Source of the DNA: a virus
Lineage: Duplodnaviria; Caudoviricetes
Length of the DNA: 64,000 nucleotides
Direction: 5' to 3' (one strand)
Virus record (IMG/VR): IMGVR_UViG_3300042350_003801
Below, piece after piece: positions 19,310 through 29,210 of this stretch. The position numbers and the translations under genes are program-made. Below the pieces are notes generated by a model. That model saw nothing but the letters and a program-made list of their open reading frames with translations. It was not told the origin of the DNA and did no database searches. Each line of letters begins with the position of its first letter. The first letter of the stretch is position 1.

Positions 19310-20086
19310 TTATTGAGCAAGGGTTGCATCCAGGCGAAGACCGTCCCTAAAGATTGCTTGCCGAGTATGAACAGGAAGATTGCCAAGAAGTTGCAGGCTT
19401 GCGAGTGTATTAAACTTGAACATCTTAACCAACTCTTCCCTCACCCTATCAATCTTCTGTATGGCCAACATTTCTGAACCAAGCGGTGAGATGATCGCTT
19501 CCCATGCATCCGAATCCATTTGAAAGCCTTTAGTGACTTCAAAGCGGATTGCTCGCATAATCCTCAACCCGTCTTCTCGGATTCTCGTTTCAGGATTCCC
19601 AACGAAAGATAAAATCTGGTCCTTGATGTCTTGTTGACCATCAAATGGGTCAATTAGGGTTCCATCATTTGCGCGGGCGATTGCATTACATTTAAAATCA
19701 CGGCGCGACAAATCATCAAGAAGTGTTCCAGGTTTTACCCATTCTGGGCGACGACCATCTTTGTATGGGCCGTCTTTGCGAGCAAGAACAAAATCAGCAT
19801 AATCTGTGATTCCTTTGAGTGGAGAATCATTAGGAACTTTGGCCCGAATTGTCAAAAATTGATGTGGCTCACAATTCAAAGAAGTTTCCTTTTTTAAATC
19901 AAATCCTAAAGCAATGAGATGTTCTTTCATTGCACCAAAAGCAACTTCTACTGAATCAAATTGTTCACTGGAAACAACAGCAAAATCAATATCATTAGAT
20001 TCAATTCCTAGAAGACTATCTCTAACGCAGCCACCTACTTCAAAGAATTGGAAAGTATCTTGAGACATTTTCAAATTGTGCAGCAA
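19310..20086 (-). CDS. tRNA nucleotidyltransferase (CCA-adding)/poly(A) polymerase family, class II, short form
   Basis: VGGCVRD..DIDF, DDLSRRDF..NA, DPFDG..D, EDGLRIMRAIRF. Confidence 0.9.
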   Translation of the reverse strand: MLHNLKMSQDTFQFFEVGGCVRDSLLGIESNDIDFAVVSSEQFDSVEVAFGAMKEHLIALGFDLKKETSLNCEPHQFLTIRAKVPNDSPLKGITDYADFVLARKDGPYKDGRRPEWVKPGTLLDDLSRRDFKCNAIARANDGTLIDPFDGQQDIKDQILSFVGNPETRIREDGLRIMRAIRFEVTKGFQMDSDAWEAIISPLGSEMLAIQKIDRVREELVKMFKFNTLASLQLLGNLPVHTRQAIFRDGLRLDATLAQ

Positions 20087-20148
20087 TGAGTATAGTATAA
20101 CCCGATTATCGGTCCAATTGTGTTGGCAGTGGACGGTTTTTTAAGTGT

Positions 20149-20562
20149 CTACAGACCCTCGTATAACTTAAGAAATGGCATCTCATAATTTCTCATCTTT
20201 CCTTCTAAAAGTTTGTGCATTACGATTAACTCTTTGGTTGCCAGGGTTTCAGAAAGATAAAGCATGGACCAAATATGACTTCCATCAGCGTCTAAAATTA
20301 AACTTTCAATCTCATCCAAAAATCTCCTACACTCTCTACTGATAAATGTGTGATCATACCTTATTTTATGATAATTGGAGCTATATAGATGAGAAACTCT
20401 TGTTAACTGTCTTTCATTCAAAGAATCGTGAAACGTCCAAAAGTTAATAAATGCTGCATAGTTTGGCCCAAGATATGACTCGGGATCTTGCATAAAAAAC
20501 TTTGAATATCGCCCTTCAAATCGGGTTTCAATGGCTTTAATTGTAGCGGGGGAATAGTTCAT
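20149..20562 (-). CDS. GPNY-family paralog
   Basis: YLGPNYAAFINFW...ATKELIVMH. Confidence 0.8.
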   Translation of the reverse strand: MNYSPATIKAIETRFEGRYSKFFMQDPESYLGPNYAAFINFWTFHDSLNERQLTRVSHLYSSNYHKIRYDHTFISRECRRFLDEIESLILDADGSHIWSMLYLSETLATKELIVMHKLLEGKMRNYEMPFLKLYEGL

Positions 20563-21038
20563 AAGTTTTCAAAAAGTGGAAGAAACGTGAACTTGATTCC
20601 TTTTTCCAAAAACGCTTGTGCATTGTAAACTTCAAATGCTGCACCTCTTACCGATAAACGAATCGGAAAATCATCCAAAATGTTGTCAAAAACATTCGTC
20701 CAAAAATGATCAAAATTAAACGTATTGTTGTGATTATGATACTGATCAGTTACATTGCCCAATTTATCATTAGATAAAGCAACATAGCGATCACTTACAA
20801 CTAGCCACTGTTCTACATCTAGTGTGTCAAGATAAATCCAAAAGTTCAAAAGAGACTGATAATTTTCACCTAAAATTTCTTCGGGATTATCAATACAACT
20901 TGGAGCGATACAGGTAAAATACTGATGACATTTAGAAATCATTATTATCTCCAGCTTTAGCAAAATTGTAGCCGTCTTTAAAGCCGCGTTCATATAATGA
21001 GTCTGTGACAGATAGTTCAATAGACTTTGGAAAGTCAT
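20559..21038 (-). CDS. GPNY-family paralog
   Basis: LGENYQSLLNFW...FLPLFENL. Confidence 0.75.
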   Translation of the reverse strand: MTFQSLLNYLSQTHYMNAALKTATILLKLEIIMISKCHQYFTCIAPSCIDNPEEILGENYQSLLNFWIYLDTLDVEQWLVVSDRYVALSNDKLGNVTDQYHNHNNTFNFDHFWTNVFDNILDDFPIRLSVRGAAFEVYNAQAFLEKGIKFTFLPLFENL

Positions 21039-21083
21039 TCAAACTTTCTTTGGTTACATCCGAAAGATATTCTTCAGTGTAAT

Positions 21084-21281
21084 TCATTTTGAAAGACACG
21101 CCTCCAGGTGGTGTTTTTGACCAATCACGGTTACTTCATTATTGAAAGTGATGAAATGCTGATGCAACTGTTTTTCAAACCCAGTTAGTTCCAGTTGATA
21201 ATGGATTTTGATTGTCAGAAGCGTTGAAAAATGGCCAATAACAAACGGACTGAGCGACTTGAATTGTTCGTAGTTCATCAT
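21084..21281 (-). CDS. hypothetical protein
   Basis: Small ORF. Confidence 0.5.
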   Translation of the reverse strand: MMNYEQFKSLSPFVIGHFSTLLTIKIHYQLELTGFEKQLHQHFITFNNEVTVIGQKHHLEACLSK

Positions 21282-21374
21282 TGGATTTCCACGGTCAATG
21301 GTTTGAGAACAAGGTCATTCTAGGCTATTTGTAATATGACAACGGTTCTACTGGGCCAGTTGATTAAGTGCCCC

Positions 21375-21692
21375 CTACATATCTCCATAAAAAATGTAGT
21401 CGGTATCAATTCTACAAATTCCGTATTCTAAAAGAGGAATTACCTTTTCTAGTCGAGTGGCGTGATTAAGTGCTTCTTGTTCATCCTCGTAAACTTTACA
21501 ACCACCCCAAATATCTTTCATATAACCACCAAGATTATATGGTTGATTCTTTTTATACCAATCAAAATTATCAATGGCACAGACATCAGAAACCCGATAA
21601 ACAGGATAAGGCTCAGTTTTAACCCATCCGATACCTTCTTGCTTTCTGGTGCGGATGGTTTTCAAGATGTAGATGCCGTTGTCAGAAGACAT
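21375..21692 (-). CDS. hypothetical phage protein
   Basis: MSSDNGIYIL...LEYGI motif. Confidence 0.7.
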   Translation of the reverse strand: MSSDNGIYILKTIRTRKQEGIGWVKTEPYPVYRVSDVCAIDNFDWYKKNQPYNLGGYMKDIWGGCKVYEDEQEALNHATRLEKVIPLLEYGICRIDTDYIFYGDM

Positions 21693-21734
21693 AGTAGCGC
21701 CTCTTTTTGTTTACTTTGCTATTATGGCACAAAA

Positions 21735-21932
21735 CTACAACAGATGGTGAGGATCTTGTGTCAGTTGTGAAACTGGCACAAACGAAAAAGGAGCGGTCTT
21801 GCCGCCCCCGTATTTCTTCTTAAATGCTGCCAAGCGTTTCCTAGCGTTCCTGGCTTGTACGGGCTTCTTGCGGCCCTTGTCGTTGCGCTTCGATGGGGTT
21901 TTGCCCGTTTCCCAGATTTTGTGGTGAGACAT
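21735..21932 (-). CDS. small basic protein
   Basis: Lys/Arg-rich 65 aa; palindrome promoter upstream. Confidence 0.5.
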   Translation of the reverse strand: MSHHKIWETGKTPSKRNDKGRKKPVQARNARKRLAAFKKKYGGGKTAPFSFVPVSQLTQDPHHLL

Positions 21933-22022
21933 TGGTTTTTCCTGAGGATGCCTACACTATATTAGGTGTTTGGAAAATAGGGTAAATAAAGGGCCAGTTT
22001 TTCAACCGGCCGAGTGTTTAGT

Positions 22023-23825
22023 TTAAACGAACAGGTTCAAGATTGAATCTTTAGAAAGTTCATTTGGCTCCAAAATAACATCCGCATTTTCTTTCTTTGT
22101 GGTGATTGTAAAAATATCACTAAGTCGGATAAAATTCTCGGATTGAGAAAGAATAGCAGACTGTGCAATTTTGTCCTTTTCTTTATAAGAACTTACAATA
22201 CCTTCACCAAAGAATTGGTCAATAAGATAGAAATTTACCCCAGTATTATTTTCATTGGGCTTTAGTAGTCCAAGAATTTTCTGCCGATAATCCATCACAC
22301 AATCAACCGAAAATAGAATTTTGTTTGAATCAATCATATAATTGGAATTAATTTTATCTCCATAACCAATAATAATTTTATATTGTTGATTTTCTGGGGC
22401 ACTATATCGGTTAAGTTTGATTAGGTATTCTCCATCAAGTTTATGGCAGTAGAGCCATTCCGATGCGCCATTGTGAGCACTCGTTACATCACCAGAATAG
22501 GAAAGACCGCCGCCGTTATGTCGTGAGTTCCAACCAATTTTTCCATTAACATTTACGGCTGACAAATCTAAATCAGAATGAGATTGAGTATTTTTCCAGT
22601 AAACTCCAACCAAAAGACTTTGAGACTCTTCATATGGAACTGAAATTTTTGTATATTTTGGAATGTTACCAGAGAACATTTTTTCAGAAACTGGAACTGC
22701 GTAATCAACAAAAGGAGCAGTATAGATTTTTGTATCCTTTTTTTGAGTTTTTACGGTTTCGAGCAATGTGAAAAGATTTTGTTGAATCTGCTCCATCGTG
22801 AGCGTAGATGGCTTAGTTTTTGCAAAACTTTTACCATTTCGGATTTTATAGTACCGATTGTCATTATCGGTCAAGTAAAGTTTTGTTGCACTGATAGCCC
22901 TAAGAATTTGAAAAATGCTTGCATTTTGCATTGCATCAGTCAATTCTTTACGAGAATACATCTTGGAAGTAAGACTCCCCAAAACATTTTCTGCAAGAGG
23001 AACGTGATGAACTTTTGCAAGTTTTGCAATACGGTTAACGATCCTAGAGTTATTTTTATTGAATTTAAAGGCGAGCCAAAGTGGCTTATAGCGATGAAAA
23101 GACTTAGATAGTTCAACAATCTGTGATTCTGAAGTAATCAGAACATTCAAATCAAAACGAGAAGACTTAATGTTAGTGATCAGTTGAGAATTTTTAATAA
23201 CCAATGTTTCTTTAGTTGCAGTATAAATCAGATAGCGAAACAGTTCTTCCCCATTTTTAGGAAGAATGCCAGTCAAATCAACAATAAGAGACTTTGCCTC
23301 CTTGTTTGCAATTTTTTCGTTACCGGTGAAAATATAACCGCAGTCTGCAAGTACATTCAAAATATTTTGAATTGTGTCTTGCTGTAGTGCAATTTTAGCA
23401 TTCAAAAACTTAAAACAAGATGCATTAAGATTTTCCTTACTAATTCCTTTAATAACACGAAGTTTTAGAGATTTAGGCGAATCGGTTGCGAACTCGTCAG
23501 TTGGGATATAAACATATTCTGGCGAGTCAAGACCCAAACTCATCAACCCATAGGTTGTAAAGTAATGTAGAATTTGGTCTCGTAGACGTTCAATAAGAGT
23601 TACAGATTGAACTTTTGTCCAAGATTTATAAAAAGAAGTATTGTTAAGTTGCGAATTTTGCAGAGTTGTGGATTTAATTTCACTCAAAATACTATCTTTA
23701 AGGTGCATTGCCGTTGGTGCAATCACAACACCAAGTTCTTGGTCAATATAAAAATCGTTAGAAATTGGATTGCTTCGGCCAATAACGGCACCAAAAAGAA
23801 GAAGAGAAGAGGAGATGTTTTTCAT
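22023..23825 (-). CDS. 600-aa protein with C-terminal TerD-like segment
   Basis: DLDLSA...YSGDVTSA..GASE resembles TerD-family motifs; N-terminal FYKSW..QILHYFTTYG. Confidence 0.65.
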   Translation of the reverse strand: MKNISSSLLLFGAVIGRSNPISNDFYIDQELGVVIAPTAMHLKDSILSEIKSTTLQNSQLNNTSFYKSWTKVQSVTLIERLRDQILHYFTTYGLMSLGLDSPEYVYIPTDEFATDSPKSLKLRVIKGISKENLNASCFKFLNAKIALQQDTIQNILNVLADCGYIFTGNEKIANKEAKSLIVDLTGILPKNGEELFRYLIYTATKETLVIKNSQLITNIKSSRFDLNVLITSESQIVELSKSFHRYKPLWLAFKFNKNNSRIVNRIAKLAKVHHVPLAENVLGSLTSKMYSRKELTDAMQNASIFQILRAISATKLYLTDNDNRYYKIRNGKSFAKTKPSTLTMEQIQQNLFTLLETVKTQKKDTKIYTAPFVDYAVPVSEKMFSGNIPKYTKISVPYEESQSLLVGVYWKNTQSHSDLDLSAVNVNGKIGWNSRHNGGGLSYSGDVTSAHNGASEWLYCHKLDGEYLIKLNRYSAPENQQYKIIIGYGDKINSNYMIDSNKILFSVDCVMDYRQKILGLLKPNENNTGVNFYLIDQFFGEGIVSSYKEKDKIAQSAILSQSENFIRLSDIFTITTKKENADVILEPNELSKDSILNLFV

Positions 23826-23833
23826 TATTTTTA

Positions 23834-24089
23834 GGCGAAAGGTAATTTTTTAAGAGTTAGGAACCTTTTGTGCCAAGGTTGTTTTTGACGGGTAGTAAAA
23901 CCTGCAAATTGTTAAAAGGAACTACCTATGTCAAAGAAAACAGTCGTGTGCACACCAATTAGTTCATTTGTGGCGAACAGTAAAAACGTCCAAGTTGTGT
24001 TAAAAGGAACTGTTTATGCCAGGGTTGTTGCAGACGAAAAGTAAATTTTGGTGTGCCTTAGAGGCGCGAGTGAAGGAACTTTTTGTGTC
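23834..24089 (-). ncRNA. array of four covarying hairpins (candidate structured leader/small RNAs)
   Basis: Units 24033-24089, 23972-24020, 23887-23932, 23834-23874; identical architecture with compensatory stems; promoter (palindrome+CATAAT) just upstream. Confidence 0.7.
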
Positions 24090-24493
24090 GGCGGTTTTGC
24101 TTGTGTACTCCGTTATTATGGCACGGATTCTGATGAAATGGTGGAAGAGTGTTGCACTTTTGCAACTGGCACACCACCTAAATGAACTCGGCCAAATAGT
24201 AGTCTACATTCACTTCAAGTTTGGCTGCTTCTACTTCATATTCTTTAATTTTTTCGTGGTCAATAAACAAATCAATAGACTCGTCTGAAATGATGTTTTC
24301 TTTGTCAATCATCAGAAAGTGAAATTAATTGTATTGCAGTCATTTCAAATACTCGTCAATTTTTTTGTTTTCGTGATTGTCAAAGATGAAAGAATGGCCG
24401 AAAGACTCGGCCATTGCATAAGAGATCTCAAAGGCTTCGTTAAGGTCGTCAGTGTTTACAGACTCACCATTACCGTGAACCGTATAACGGTAT

Positions 24494-24751
24494 TCACTCT
24501 GCATCTACGGGCATCTCACGCACGGGGAGGTATTGATCATAAAGAGCATCCTCATTTGCAAGAATGAGGTCGTTAATCTCGTCTTCAGTTTCAGGTGCAA
24601 CTGCAATACCATTAGCCTCTGCAAGAGCGGCAATAGCATTTTCTTGTGCTTCAGTATCACCATCAAAAAGGTCTGCCATAATAAGAGCAACCTCTTCGGC
24701 AGCAGTCAGGTTCATTTCGGTGGTAGCTTCAGTTTGAATTAGGGCGATCAT
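24494..24751 (-). CDS. small acidic protein
   Basis: 85 aa, very Asp/Glu/Ala-rich. Confidence 0.65.
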   Translation of the reverse strand: MIALIQTEATTEMNLTAAEEVALIMADLFDGDTEAQENAIAALAEANGIAVAPETEDEINDLILANEDALYDQYLPVREMPVDAE

Positions 24752-25217
24752 AATGAGAGTTGTTTGGGAACAGAATCAATATAGGGCAGTTTTGGCTACC
24801 CCCGTTAATCAGGCAGACAGTTCAGCAACTGGAACAGTTGTTTCTTCTTCTGCCAGTTTTGCAACTACAAAATCAAGTTGATTCAATAGTTCATCGCCAG
24901 TCTCCGCAGATTCTAGCGATTGCATTGCAGTTTTAAAATCAAGTTTAGTTAGTGTCAAATTCATCATCCAAAAGTTGTAAAAGGGCTGGGTCTAGTTTTT
25001 CTTGAAGTTGTGAGCCAAAGTCATTTTCTTCAAAAAGTTGATCGTCAAGTGCTTCAATAGGATGCATCATCAAACTCCGGTTGTTCTGTTTGTTCTTGAG
25101 AATCATCAGTGATTTCCTCTGATAAAAGGGTGTAGAGACTGTTGGTTTGAGTTTGAGCTTCTTCAGGGTCGGTTGACATATTTTTAAAAGTAGAGAACAA
25201 ATGATACAAATCTAGAA

Positions 25218-25445
25218 TTAACTAGCATTTGCATCAAATAAGTAGTCCACAAAATCTTCAACGTTCCAGGAGAACGTAATGCGTTCTGTTGATTCATCCA
25301 TTTTAAATTCCTTTACCTCGTTGTGCATCTGCTCAACAGTAAGAAATCCATAGTCATCTGAAATACGATACAAGTAGTTTGTATAGTCGTCCCAAGTAAA
25401 CTCAGGGGAGAATGGAGATAGTTTCTCAATTGTAGTCGGAGCCAT
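25218..25445 (-). CDS. hypothetical protein
   Basis: ORF 75 aa. Confidence 0.6.
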   Translation of the reverse strand: MAPTTIEKLSPFSPEFTWDDYTNYLYRISDDYGFLTVEQMHNEVKEFKMDESTERITFSWNVEDFVDYLFDANAS

Positions 25446-25491
25446 AGTTTCGGGAGCGAGGGGATAAGTGTTATTTAGGAGAGTCCAATTC

Positions 25492-25710
25492 TCATACTAG
25501 TTGTAAAGCGTTTTGTTGAATTTGAGAATTCACAAAGCGACCGACTGAACCACCAGTGCTAACGATTTCAGAAAGATTTGACATAAACATTTCAGCATCA
25601 GAAAGGGTGTAGGTGTAGGTTGACCCACTTTTCCAGGTAATGTCTACTTTGTTTTCAACAACATCAGAAATGCTGGTGATTGCGGTAGATTTAGTGAAGT
25701 TGTAACTCAT
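25492..25710 (-). CDS. KTSC-domain-like protein (start revised)
   Basis: STAI...V.I.W..G..Y.Y...SVGRFVN..I. Confidence 0.55.
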   Translation of the reverse strand: MSYNFTKSTAITSISDVVENKVDITWKSGSTYTYTLSDAEMFMSNLSEIVSTGGSVGRFVNSQIQQNALQLV

Positions 25711-25811
25711 TGGTTGTTCTCCGTTGATATGGTTATCTGGATTTCTCCATTGACCTAAGAGTAACACATTAGTTTTCTTTATGGGTGGTTTGGTGGACAG
25801 TTTAGAGACTG

Positions 25812-26222
25812 TCACAGGTATTCGAGGAATTTAACAAAGAAAAGGGGTAAATCTTTTTCCAAAAGTTCGTGCATAACCATCAACTCAAGTGTTATCCAGC
25901 TCATTAAATAACCAAATCCACGGTGTGATGAAATTTCTCGGTCTTCACAAGCAACAATAACACCATTCCATATATCGTCTTCAAATTCATATTTTTCGGT
26001 TTCAACTAATTCAGTAATGCGTTTATAACTTTGAGTTATTATTTCAAAAAAGATTTCCTCGTAGGCCGTTCCCAATATTCTCGCCTGTTCACAATTTAAT
26101 CCGTCAATGAACCACCAGAAGTTCAAGACTGTTTCGTAGTTTGAGCCAAGATACTTTTCTGGTTCTTCAATAATAACTGGGTAATTTTCAGAAATTTTAA
26201 GGTGAATGAATGAGTAGTTCAT
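25812..26222 (-). CDS. GPNY-family paralog
   Basis: [14 protein letters not shown]...LELMVMH. Confidence 0.8.
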   Translation of the reverse strand: MNYSFIHLKISENYPVIIEEPEKYLGSNYETVLNFWWFIDGLNCEQARILGTAYEEIFFEIITQSYKRITELVETEKYEFEDDIWNGVIVACEDREISSHRGFGYLMSWITLELMVMHELLEKDLPLFFVKFLEYL

Positions 26223-26689
26223 AATTTATCAAAAAGAGGAACAAACAATAAATCCTTACCATCGTCCAAAAGCGTGTGCATACCAATTAGTTCATAAGTG
26301 GCATTCCAGGCGGCATCCCCGGCGGCATCCCTGGCGGCAGCCCAGGCGGCAATCCTGGCGGCAGACATGGCGGCATTCCTGGCGGCAGCCCCGGCGGCAT
26401 CCCTGGCGGCATCCCTGGCGGCATTCCAGGCGGCAATCCTGGCGGCAGACATGGCGGCATTCCTGGCGGCAGCCCCGGCGGCAGCCCAGGCGGCATTCCT
26501 GGCGGCATCGTCTAGGGCATGATAACGGCGGGCAACTTCATTCCATTGGTTCTCGGTAAGACCATCAATAAACCACCAGAAGTTAATGACGGTTTCGTAG
26601 TTTGGTCCTAGAAAATTCTGTGGATTTGTTAGGGCTTCAGGTTTTTGAAGGCAGTTGGAGAAGTTTTGATGTGCTTTTGAGTGTTTCAC
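26219..26689 (-). CDS. GPNY-family paralog with 17 AAxx repeats
   Basis: Repeats at 26303-26506. Confidence 0.85.
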   Translation of the reverse strand: MKHSKAHQNFSNCLQKPEALTNPQNFLGPNYETVINFWWFIDGLTENQWNEVARRYHALDDAARNAAWAAAGAAARNAAMSAARIAAWNAARDAARDAAGAAARNAAMSAARIAAWAAARDAAGDAAWNATYELIGMHTLLDDGKDLLFVPLFDKL

Positions 26690-27150
26690 TTTTGCTGCTC
26701 CACTTTAAAATCATTGAAATATTCCCGTTGAATCTTATCACCAAGGACCAAACCAAATCCCCCACAAAAAAGGGCAATAATAAGAACAAAACTATATGCT
26801 CTACCGTTTTCGGGTTTTAGAAGTTCTTTAGATGTTTTTGTTGTTAGTTTTGTTGCAAACCAGGCGCTACTACTACCAAACAAAAACGTTAAAAAGTATG
26901 GTGTATAAAACACAAAGAGCCATATAAAAATTCCCAGTCCAATCAAGGTCATTGTTCCATCGGGACCATCGGTGACCGGAATTTGAATAGAATGCGACGA
27001 AACTTCACGAATGTTTCGGATTTTATCTGGAGTAACGTGATAGATATTGCAAATCTGTTCTGTTACACCATTGTAACTACTGGAGTTAATTTCTACAGTT
27101 TGCAACCCAGAATTGCTCCCGAGCCAAACATCTGCTTTGTAGTTGGCCAC
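26686..27150 (-). CDS. hypothetical membrane protein
   Basis: Three hydrophobic stretches in the C-terminal half. Confidence 0.7.
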   Translation of the reverse strand: MANYKADVWLGSNSGLQTVEINSSSYNGVTEQICNIYHVTPDKIRNIREVSSHSIQIPVTDGPDGTMTLIGLGIFIWLFVFYTPYFLTFLFGSSSAWFATKLTTKTSKELLKPENGRAYSFVLIIALFCGGFGLVLGDKIQREYFNDFKVEQQK

Positions 27151-27152
27151 TG

Positions 27153-27596
27153 TTAAAAGTTAAAAAGAGGAACAAACAATAAGTCCTTACCGTCATTCAA
27201 TAGAGTATGCATACCCATTAGTTCATAAGTGGCAGCCCAGGCGGCATTCCCGGCGGCATCCCAGGCGGCATACCTGGCGGCAGACCCGGCGGCATTCCAG
27301 GCGGCATTCCTGGCGGCATTCCTGGCGGCATTCCTGGCGGCATTCCCGGCGGCATTCCAGGCGGCATTCCTGGCGGCATTCCTGGCGGCATACCCGGCGG
27401 CATCCCAGGCGGCATCGTCTAGGGCATCATAACGGCGGGCAACTTCATTCCATTGGTTCTCGGTAAGACCATCAATAACCCACCAGAAGTTAATGACGGT
27501 TTCGTAGTTTGGTCCTAGAAAATTCTGTGGATTTGTTAGGGCTTCAGGGTTTTGAAGGCGGTTGGAGAAGTTTTTATGTGCTTTTGAGTAGTTCAC
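27153..27596 (-). CDS. GPNY-family paralog with 15 AAxx repeats
   Basis: Repeats at 27234-27413. Confidence 0.85.
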   Translation of the reverse strand: MNYSKAHKNFSNRLQNPEALTNPQNFLGPNYETVINFWWVIDGLTENQWNEVARRYDALDDAAWDAAGYAARNAARNAAWNAAGNAARNAARNAARNAAWNAAGSAARYAAWDAAGNAAWAATYELMGMHTLLNDGKDLLFVPLFNF

Positions 27597-27950
27597 GACA
27601 TCACCATTTTAATATCTTTGCAACCGTTGTTCTCAATGTGTTGTTTCCATAGTTCTGCACCTTCAGGATCTAGGAATGTTGCTTCCTGCCGAGAATAGAA
27701 TCCTTTCTTTTTAGGTTGTTTGTAGGTGAGGGTGTAACGAATCATTTTGGGAATGGGGTGTAACTTTTACTATGATAGGCTAAAATAAAAATGAACCTAT
27801 CGGCAGTGGACGGTTTGCAAACCGCCTTCTTCATCTAGGATTACAACAAAAGAATGCACCAATTTCAGAATTATAATGAATTAAGGCTAAGTAGCACTAA
27901 TCGCTACTTAGCCCTTTTGAACGAAAGAATTTCTTTAGTTCAGGCAATAA

Positions 27951-28424
27951 TCACCCCACCCAGGCATTATCTCCGGCGAGAATCCTGAAGCGTTCGGCAA
28001 TATCCTCAACCGAATCGTAGGTCAACTCATCGAGACTCCTTTCTTCGGGTTCAAAAGTAGCAGGATCGGCGGTAATACCTGCAGCACGGTTAGCAATAAG
28101 ACGCTCAATACGAGCCTCAATGCTAGGTTCAGCCAGTTTCGTTTCAATGTATGCATCAATGGCTTTTTCGATCTCGGCCTTAACCTGTCTGGCAACACCG
28201 TTAACAATAACGGTTGAACCCATCCGACTTACAATACGTCGGCAAATTTCATTAGTGCGATCATCTTGGCCAAGAACATTGGCAAACATTTCTTCAAGAT
28301 GTTCATCGGTGAGAACAAGTTCCTTACGAGACCGAATCTCTTCTGTAAGGAGTTCTAGACCAACGAGTAGATTGTCAAGTGTAACGAGTTTGCCAGCAAC
28401 GGTGACTTTAGTTGGAGAAGACAT
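27951..28424 (-). CDS. hypothetical helical protein, last gene of the Ubl cassette, ends in Gly
   Basis: 9 nt downstream of E1; C-terminus DNAWVG. Confidence 0.7.
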   Translation of the reverse strand: MSSPTKVTVAGKLVTLDNLLVGLELLTEEIRSRKELVLTDEHLEEMFANVLGQDDRTNEICRRIVSRMGSTVIVNGVARQVKAEIEKAIDAYIETKLAEPSIEARIERLIANRAAGITADPATFEPEERSLDELTYDSVEDIAERFRILAGDNAWVG

Positions 28425-28432
28425 AATTGATT

Positions 28433-29137
28433 TCAGGAAGCAGAGGTTTTGAGGTTACGAACGTTGAAATAGAAGCCAGACTTATTGGCTTCTAATTTTT
28501 CATCCAGGAGGTTTTGAATCACCGCCAACGTAGCAGCGGCTGCCATAAAGTTGGCGGCGATAAGTTGCGGGCGAGACTCTTGAAGTCTGGCACAACTACC
28601 GGCGCGAGGAATTTCATCTTCCGGTTGGCTAATGTTGGGAACAACATCTTTTGGATTCATTCCAACATTCTCTCCATTGATGCGACCAAACCAAAGTGTT
28701 TGACCGCGAACTTCTTCAATACCATCACTGTTACCAGGAGTAATAAAGAAAAAGTCTTTGTCGGTGCAGGTAAGCATAATGGCATCAATTACAGCGGCGC
28801 GGGTTGCATCGTTATCAACCGCTGCAATAATCAGTGGAGACTCACTTTCCTCCAGGAAAGGAACAAAAGATGCCATCGTGATGTACTCACCAAATGCATT
28901 AACATTAGTGAGACCCATTGCACTACACATCTCAGCCATTGCATCAGCCTTATTTTGACCAACGTGATCCGGTGTCATAAACTGACGACTCTGATTCTTA
29001 TTCTCAAAGTCATCACCATCAATAATCGTAACCATATTGTCACGAGTCGCCGGATGATACTGAAGGGTTTTAACAAGAGGTGGAATAAGATACCCACCGG
29101 TACCGCCAGTTCCGATCACAAAAGTCTTATCAAACAT
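28433..29137 (-). CDS. ThiF/E1-like ubiquitin-activating enzyme (PRTRC-type)
   Basis: GTGGTG, IDGD, RQ..GQNKA, AVDN, putative catalytic SCA, Q...ANFMAA. Confidence 0.9.
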   Translation of the reverse strand: MFDKTFVIGTGGTGGYLIPPLVKTLQYHPATRDNMVTIIDGDDFENKNQSRQFMTPDHVGQNKADAMAEMCSAMGLTNVNAFGEYITMASFVPFLEESESPLIIAAVDNDATRAAVIDAIMLTCTDKDFFFITPGNSDGIEEVRGQTLWFGRINGENVGMNPKDVVPNISQPEDEIPRAGSCARLQESRPQLIAANFMAAAATLAVIQNLLDEKLEANKSGFYFNVRNLKTSAS

Positions 29138-29210
29138 AAAGAAGAAGAGGGGTGAAGGACAAATGAATCATAGGGCAAAGATTGCCCCTAGGATGAAGAA
29201 GTGGACGGTT

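Noticed and set aside
23834-24089. CRISPR or TIGR array
   Set aside because: Units are covarying hairpins rather than identical direct repeats, spacer lengths are irregular, and no cas or Nop-domain gene is recognisable in the window
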